Shown one piece after another: positions 34,990 through 41,795 of a stretch of DNA of 41,795 bases. Made by a program: the position numbers and the translations under genes. Position 1 is the stretch's first letter. Each line of letters opens with the position of its first letter. The DNA comes from Chiloscyllium plagiosum (Eukaryota), in NCBI RefSeq assembly GCF_004010195.1, contig NC_057718.1, positions 93,215,971 through 93,257,765 of the forward strand, in the 5' to 3' direction. The notes under the pieces were generated by a model. The model searched no databases. It had not been told where the DNA came from and was given only the letters and a program-made list of their open reading frames with translations.

Positions 34990-35231
34990 GTTCTAACAGA
35001 TGAAAGGCTTAACAGACAATCAATTCGTTAATGCATAATTTCAGTTACATCACACTGCAAATTTTTGCTATAAATTCTGTGTTACGATCGAGCCCTCCAC
35101 AATCACCTGATGAAGGAGCGTCGCTCCGAAAGCTAGTGTGCTTCCAATTAAACCTGTTGGACTATAACCTGGTGTTGTGTGATTTTTAACTTTGTACACC
35201 CCAGTCCTACACCGGCATCTCCGAATCATGA
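34990..35231 (+). mobile_element. Family A PLE-derived element, longer copy with TATA box
   Basis: Aligns with 4485-4538 plus 4979-5102 and with 30226-30355; TATAAA at 35069-35074. Confidence 0.85.
35104..35138 (+). ncRNA. Intact minimal type I hammerhead (family A)
   Basis: CAC CTGATGA A GGAGC GTC GCTCC GAAAGCTA GTG; perfect 5-bp stem II; predicted cleavage after A35135. Confidence 0.85.
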
Positions 35232-35344
35232 CACCAGTACAAGGCTGAGAGCCTGCTGCATTTTCAATTGATTCATCATTTGCTTGAGATATTAAGAAAT
35301 ATATCAAGAATTAAGAAATATGTTAATAAGAAAGATATTAAGAA

Positions 35345-36166
35345 ATTTGATATGTCCATAAAGACTCTTACCAATTTTTAATGATGCACCATAGCAAGCA
35401 TTCAATCTGATGCATCACAGCTTGGTATGGCAACTGCTCTGCCCAGGACCGTTAGAAATTACAGAGTGTTGTGAACACAAGCCAACCTTCTATCCACTGA
35501 CTCTATACTTCCCTCTGCCTTGGGAAAACAGCTAACATCATCAAGGACCCATCCACCCCAGTTATAATCTCTTCCAACCTCTTCTGTTGGGCAGAATATA
35601 CAAAAGCTTAACAAACGTACCAACAGATTCAAGAACAGCTTCTTCTCCACTTAGTAGACTTCTGAATGGACCTCTTAAGTTTTAAATTTAATGTTGAGCT
35701 TGCTGTCTCTGTACCTTCTCTGTAGCTGTAACATTGTGTCCCTCACTCGGCTCTATTCAATTACATTGGATTCCCTTCACTGTGGAAACTGGCCCTTCGG
35801 CCCAACAAGCCCACACCGACCCTCCGAAGAGTAACCACCCCTCTCTGACTAATGCACCTAACAGCTATGGACAATTTATCACGGCCAATTCACCTGACCT
35901 GCACATCTTTGGACTGTAAGAGGAAACCCATGCAGACACGATGAGAATGTGCAAACTCCACACTGACAGTCGCCCACGGCTGGAATCAAACCTGGGACGC
36001 TGGCGCTGTGAGGCAGCAGTGCTAAACACTAGCCACCGTGCCACCCTAACTTGCACATATGCACATTATAAGGTATGATCTACCTGCACTACAAGCAAAA
36101 CATAACTTTTCGCTGTGCTTAGGTACACGTGACAATAATAAATCAAATCAAAAACTAAATCAAATC
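35345..36166 (+). mobile_element. Rex1/Babar-type LINE 3' part containing an HE1 insertion
   Basis: CITAWYGNCSAQDR..LQSVVNT; IIKDPS; RTNRFKNSFF; tail aataaatcaaatcaa. Confidence 0.8.
35757..36045 (-). mobile_element. HE1-like V-SINE
   Basis: Reverse complement of the HE1 head and tail. Confidence 0.88.
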
Positions 36167-36171
36167 ATATA

Positions 36172-36450
36172 TTAAACTGAGGTCCCATCTAGTTGCTTGG
36201 GTGATGCTAAAAAAATCTAATTTTGAAAAGGAACAGAGCGTGTTCTCCATTTTGCTGGTCAATATTTATTCTTCAGTCAGCTTCACACACAAAAAACGGA
36301 TTAGCATTGTTGCTTGGGAGAGTTTGCTGTGTGTTAATTCGCTGCCACTTTTTATACATGATTACAGTGACTACACTTCAAAAGTACTTCAATGATTGTA
36401 AAGTGCTTTGAGACTTGCAGTGGCTTTGAAAATATGCAAGTTTTTTCTTC
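36172..36450 (+). mobile_element. DeuSINE-like element (SacSINE1/AmnSINE-related)
   Basis: ctggtcaatatttatt...ttgctgtg...acagtgactacacttcaaaagtacttca...gtaaagtgctttg. Confidence 0.7.
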
Positions 36451-36654
36451 AAAACAAAGAATTATATGCTCTCATCAATGATAATGGACCAACTACCATC
36501 CTCTTGAAGAACCAATGAAAAGAGAACAAGTGAAGCTCCCACTTTCACTACAAATTCCAACTTTAAATACAAGGCCTACAAAATCACCAAAGAAGATTAG
36601 ACGGTCTTCTGCTTTAAAGGGTCTGTCAATATAATGTTTACTTTAGGACCTGGC

Positions 36655-36760
36655 AGAAATGCTGTCCTGCAAACAAAAAATGCTGGAAGCTACAGCAGGT
36701 CAGACAGCATCCGTAGAGAGAGAGCAGACTAACATTTCAAGTCTAGTTGACTCTGTCCAA
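36655..36760 (-). mobile_element. Family B/C PLE fragment
   Basis: aaatgctggaagctacagcaggtcagacagcatccgtagagagagagcag. Confidence 0.55.
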
Positions 36761-37971
36761 CACTTCATGTTGAGAAGAAGGATTGATAGTTTGCAAGATG
36801 CTGAATAAAATATCTGAATTTTCATTCAGGCATTTGAGGAAGGGAATCAAACGTCCTCAGGTGTAGAGGACCTACAAGTAGTGTGTGATGAAAATCCATG
36901 TGAGAATCATCATGTATGCAGGATATGTGGTTCAGACATGACAAACTCAATGGCCTTCCTTCATTCGATGAATGTTTGCGTTTGTCTAAATAATGACCAC
37001 CCGAGTAGATGATGATGCAACTTCGTTCATGGCTTCATTAGGAGAGAGCTTTTAAAAAAATCCCAACATATGCTGGAGTTTTTCAATGGCATTAGCAACT
37101 GGCTGGCAGGATGGAAGGCTGGCAAAATGCTACATGGATGCATCGGAGGGTAGGGGTGTCCAATGTCTTCCCACTTCGCTAGTGGTAAGAAAGGTAGCAG
37201 ATGAGCCACCCCAAATGGAGCCTCACCGAACCACTTGAACGACAGATTAATGATTTCATTTTGTCTCTGCAGAGGGCATTGGGGGGGGGATTTCTTCAAT
37301 ATGAGCAAGTCACCAATGGAAATGAATTGTCTCCCAGTAGGATCTTGGGTAGTTTCTTTTTGTTTTGGTACAGCATGGCCCATGGACTGCAGTGGCTGCC
37401 ATTCTGTGAAGATGTTACCTCTTCCCTAGCAACATCTACCCACCCGCCCCTCACTGGAGCTGAGCAGACTGGGCCTGGTGCCTCAAGACTTAATGGAGGC
37501 TGAGGGCTCAATTTCATTCATGCTCCCTTTTCTTTCAGTGCGGCTGTGCCCTCCACACCTGGCAACTCTCGAGGGCAAGTGGTTACCCTTAATATGATAA
37601 CAATGGAGGCAGTGCTTTAGCCTCTCGCTATATGTGACTCCAACATCTGGTGCTCGCTCCCTGTTTCTGGTCTCAGTGTTGGAACCCCTGACTGCACGTG
37701 TGTGAATTTCTGCCCATGATGTCCTTTTTTCAGCCAAAACCCAAGAGGATGGTTCTTGCACTTGGTAATCGACACAAAAATGTGCTCAAAATCTGAAAGA
37801 AAAATGTAAATGTGCTTAAGGAGTAATTGAACAGCAGGAATAGATACATGATTTATACAGTAATTGATGACGGATAGCCTGTGGTTTTAACCTGAAACCA
37901 GGTGCTCTTTCACAACTGCAACCCAGTCTGCCCAATGTCGGCTAAGAAAGAGGAAGATTCTTACGGGCTGA

Positions 37972-38320
37972 AGAAAAGTAAATTGCTGTGAATGCTGGAA
38001 GGGTTGTTCCAAAGAAGTCATCCCAGCCTCGAAACATTAACTCGAGGTCGTTCTGCTACAACGACGTTTCGTCAGTGCGAATTAGCGACAGCGCCATTGA
38101 CGACTTGTTTGGATAATGGATCTTGGACGTTGTTTAGATAATGCAATCTTTCTACTGAACGGGTACAGTGTTCTTCTACAGTGTGATTTTCTATAGTGGC
38201 TTCTCATAGCATGACCTTTTACAGCGCGACATTGCAAATGGACACAATTGTCGCGTTAGAGCAGAATGACCTGTACATTTGTCCCACCACAGATGCTGCC
38301 AGACCTGCTGAGTTTGCTGA
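37972..38320 (+). mobile_element. Family C PLE-derived element (degenerate HHR at 38005-38042) split by a MITE
   Basis: gttccaaagaagtcatcccagcctcGAAACATTaact continues after the MITE as acagatgctgccagacctgctgagttt. Confidence 0.6.
38044..38273. mobile_element. MITE, Tc1/mariner-pogo (Tigger-like)
   Basis: TIRs aggtcgttctgctacaacg and cgttagagcagaatgacctg, followed by TA. Confidence 0.75.
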
Positions 38321-38586
38321 CTTCACTCCCAGCTACCACCAGTGGCACCCCTCACAATGCCCACCCACTACACCCTTCTTGGCTCTGAGTAAAAATCCAG
38401 GTCTCTACCGCAGCAGATCACTTCCTTTTCCCATCTACTCCCATTAATTATTCGCTATTATTTCCCGTTACTTCTTCTTAACCATTCACGTAGATTTGAA
38501 AATGAACATTATTATGGCCCTCCCCACCCACCCATTGCTCATTTGTGGTCATTGAGCCATTTTCTGTACCTTTCTGCAATTCCTTC

Positions 38587-38927
38587 GCATGGTGGCACAG
38601 CGGTTAGTACTGCTGCCTCACAGCACCAGAGACCTAGGTTCAATTCCCACCTCAGGCAACTGTCTGTGTGGAGTTTGCACATTCTCCCCGTGTCTGCGTA
38701 GGTTTCCTCCGGGTGCTCCGGTTTCCTCCCACAGTCACAAAGATGTGCAGGCTAGGTGAATTGGCCATGCTAAATTGCCCGTAGTGTTAAGTGAAGGGGT
38801 AAATGTAGGGGGGGTGGGTTGCTCTTCGGAGGGTTGGTGTAGACTTGTTGGGCCGAAGGGCCTGTGGGTTGGTGTAGACTTGTTGGGCCGAAGGGCCTGT
38901 TTCCACACTGTAAAGTAATCTAATCTA
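38587..38927 (+). mobile_element. HE1-like V-SINE with a perfect 35-bp internal tandem duplication
   Basis: gggttggtgtagacttgttgggccgaagggcctgt at 38831-38865 and 38866-38900. Confidence 0.92.
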
Positions 38928-39140
38928 AGAAAAAAATCACTAATTTTAAAATGATTTCAGTCAAGTCTTTCAATAGTGCAATGTATACATCCGAACACTA
39001 GAGGGGGATTTAGGGGTTTTCTTTGGAAACTGCTCTTTTCATGACGTAAGTAGTGTGTCGCAGTGTGAAGACACAACAATTTTGGAACTTGCTGCAAACG
39101 AAAGTTTACAGAATTATGTATGACTTCAAGATATATGAAT

Positions 39141-39476
39141 ATCATAGAATCCGTACAATGTGTAAACAGACCATTTGGCTCAACAAGTCCACACCGACCC
39201 TCCAAAGAGTAATCCACCCAGACCCATTCCCCTACCCTATTACTCTACATTTCCCCTGACTAATGCACCTAACCTACACATCCCTGAACACTATGGTAAT
39301 TCATCTAACCTGCACATCCTTGGACTGTGGGAGGAAACTGGAGCGCCCGGAGGAAGTCCACACATACATGGAGAATGTGAGAACTCTACACAGACAGTCA
39401 CCCAAGGCTGGAATTGAACCCAGGTCCCTGGCGCTGCGAGGCAGCAGTGATAACCGCTGAGCCACCGTGCTGCCCA
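39141..39476 (-). mobile_element. HE1-like V-SINE
   Basis: Reverse complement of the full head and tail; lies tail-to-tail with 38587-38927. Confidence 0.9.
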
Positions 39477-40759
39477 CAATATAATGGATTTACATGCAGG
39501 CTTTACTCAATAACCAAATATCCAGTGCACTTAAGTCACCTAATATGAATACACTAATAGAACATTGTCTCATGTCTCTAGATCTGACTGATAAAAAACC
39601 TACTTTGTTCCCCAGAGTGGGCAGAAATGGGTGAAATCTTCATCAATATCTACTGTCCAGCAGAGACCCTGAGCTCTCTGGGAAAGCAGATTGGAGCAAC
39701 TTGTTGACTGCAATGGAAATAACAATGAGGAGAAATGTAAATTGGGGTGCTATCACCTTATTACCTGTTTTACACAGCACCATTTTGTACAATAGGAATA
39801 ATCATATGAGTTGAATGTTGCCAAAGCTTCTCTCATCTTGCACTCAGAGGTAAACTACAAAAACAACAAACTTTAAACACTGTTTTCCCTGTGGTGTAAA
39901 TTGTTATGAGATTTCGAAACTTTGGATTCTTGCATTTATACTATTGAGTTGGAGACAAACAGTTTCAGCAGCATGTCTCTCATTTCAGCACTATTCAGGT
40001 TCTGCAGCCCCAAGGAATTGGGTAGGCCAAAGTATAAGTGAGCCAAAGAGGTCTTCTGATGCAACGTGTCATGTTCCTTTCCCTGAGCCAGGGGCTCTTG
40101 GTTCAAAGTTCCACTCAAAGACCTGATGGCCCCAGAGAGGTATGGTCATTACACAAGCAAAAGATCGAAACCAACCTGTAAATCCTGCCATCCTCAGGTG
40201 AATAAGAGTAAGAGAAATTCCTGATCAGCCATAATTGGAAAAAATGGAAGTCTCAGTGGTTAATATCCATCAATGCAGATGGCAATGAAAAGATAAGTCT
40301 GACTCCTGGTAGGGTTGGGACGTGAGGTTAGTTAGCCAGAGTTGGTGACAACAACATAAGCTTCAATACCTTGTTCTGGCTGTGACATGTCTCCTTGTCC
40401 TACCAACAATGGTGGCTGTGGTTCTGTGGGGCAAAACTGCCTTTGGGCAGAAAACTCCAGAAGAATCTTGAAAGAGGCACATCTTATTGAAGCTGGGCCT
40501 CAAACCTCGATTTGCGGATGTATTAGAAAGAAGAATGGGTCTTGTATTTCCTCTTTGCCTGGCTTTTTGATTAAATCACTGCTACTTTCTGACAGAATAC
40601 AATTTTAAGAAAAAAAACACTTCAGCGCGAACATATGTAACGTCATCACCAAAAGACAAATTAGGGAAGACTAGGGAATTCTGGAGGACGGATGTGTGAA
40701 CATCATGAAATTGGAATGGGAGTAGGAGACCATTCTGCCCTTCAGGGTTGTTAGCCTTT

Positions 40760-40937
40760 ATTTGGAGGTCCTGGTGCTGGACTGGCATGGACAAAGTTAA
40801 AAGTCACATGACACCAGGTTATAGTCCAACAAGTTTATTTGGAAGCACTAGCTTTCGAAGCGCTGCCTCTTCATCAGGTGGTTCAACCAAATAGACCGGT
40901 TGGACTATAACCTGGTGTTGTGTGACTTTTAACTTTG
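40760..40937. mobile_element. Family A PLE-derived inverted-arm element
   Basis: Minus-strand copy 40760-40883 includes the tail; plus-strand arm 40887-40937 stops at aactttg. Confidence 0.85.
40846..40880 (-). ncRNA. Intact minimal type I hammerhead (family A variant)
   Basis: CAC CTGATGA A GAGGC AGC GCTTC GAAAGCTA GTG; stem II stays paired despite three substitutions. Confidence 0.85.
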
Positions 40938-40959
40938 ATCTGCCTTTGACTAACTTAAA

Positions 40960-41140
40960 ACCATAGGAAGTAGGAACATGGGGTAGCTCATTTGCCCCTT
41001 TGAACGTGGTCTGCCATTCGTTACAATTGCGGTTAATCATCCAACTCAATAGCCTGTTCCCATTTTGCCCCGTATGCTTTGATACCTTTATTTCCATGTG
41101 TTACATCCAAATTCATCTTGAAATCCTTCAATGTTTTGGC
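40960..41140 (-). mobile_element. CR1-type 3' end
   Basis: ccataggaagtaggaacatggggtag..catttgccccttt..ctgccattc. Confidence 0.6.
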
Positions 41141-41144
41141 TTCG

Positions 41145-41795
41145 ATGAGAAACAAACTTGTAAGGAGAGCTCAGCTATCTGTAAGAATAATAGAGTAGTT
41201 ATGGTAGGGGATTTTAACTTTCCAAACATCGACTAGGACTGCCATAGTGTTAAATTTAGATGGAGAGGAATTTCATAAGTGTGTAAGAGGCAATTTTCTG
41301 ATTCAGTATGTGGGTGTACCCACTAGAGAAGGTGCAAACCTTGACCTACACTTGGGAAATAAGGCAGGGCAGGAGACTGAGGTGTCAGTGGGGGAGCACT
41401 TTGAGGCCAGTGACCATAATTCTATTCATTTTAAAATAGTGATGGAAAAGGATAGACCAGATCTAAAAGTTGAAGTTCTAAGTTGGAGAAAGGCCAATTT
41501 TGACGGTATTAGACAAGAACTTTTGAAAGCTGATTGGAGGCAGATGTTCGCAGGTAAAGGGACGGTTGGAAAATGGGAAGCCTTCAGAAATGAAATAACA
41601 AGAATCCAGAGAAAGTATATTCTTGTCAGGGTGAAAGGGAAGGCTGGTAACTATAGGGAATGCTGGATGACTAAAGAAATTGAGGGTTTGGTTAAGAAAA
41701 AGAAGGAAGCATATGTCAGGTAAGGTCGAGTGAATCCTTAAAAGAGTATAAAGGAAGTAGGAGTATACTTAAGAGGGAAATCAGGAGGGCAAAAC
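41145..41795 (+). mobile_element. CR1 LINE ORF2 apurinic-like endonuclease region (pseudogenised; runs off the window)
   Basis: VVMVGDFNFPNID*, PTREGANLDL.LGN, GEHFEASDHNSI.F, WRKANFDGIRQEL; contains stops and a frameshift. Confidence 0.92.

Noticed and set aside
37020..37520. Overlapping 64-118-aa ORFs
   Set aside because: No recognisable domain or paired splice signals; resembles a decayed non-autonomous DNA element
41247..41723. 158-aa ORF as a host gene
   Set aside because: CR1 endonuclease fragment with a stop and frameshift upstream
1..41795. CRISPR arrays, prokaryotic operons or endogenous viral genes
   Set aside because: No regularly spaced repeat-spacer array or long clean ORF; content is vertebrate repeat DNA

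Overview
This is eukaryotic, repeat-dense, mostly non-coding DNA with one 512-nt N gap (16911-17422). The repeat content points to a cartilaginous fish, probably a shark (inference): 12 HE1-like V-SINEs, DeuSINE-like copies, CR1/L2, Rex1/Babar, RTE and Tx1 LINE relics, two related solo LTRs, and Tigger-like MITEs. No intact protein-coding gene is recognisable. A few minus-strand splice-bounded segments (best: 10268-10427) suggest the 5' or intronic part of an unidentified large gene. The main signal is a dense set of Penelope-like element (PLE) derivatives in four sequence families (A-D). All four carry minimal type I hammerhead ribozyme (HHR) motifs (CUGANGA - extra nt - stem II - GAAA - palindromic ACGU/AGCU - UH); several copies have intact cores and one shows stem covariation. 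They mostly insert as asymmetric inverted repeats, in which one arm lacks a roughly 35-38-nt 3' tail and shares copy-specific mutations with the other arm; several have 11-14-bp TSDs. Family A has a TATA box about 32 nt upstream of the point where its short copies begin. In family D the GIY-YIG ORF reads into the ribozyme and stops inside stem II. HHRs in PLEs are established knowledge; the family-level details here come from reading the sequence by eye and are untested. Repeat boundaries are approximate.
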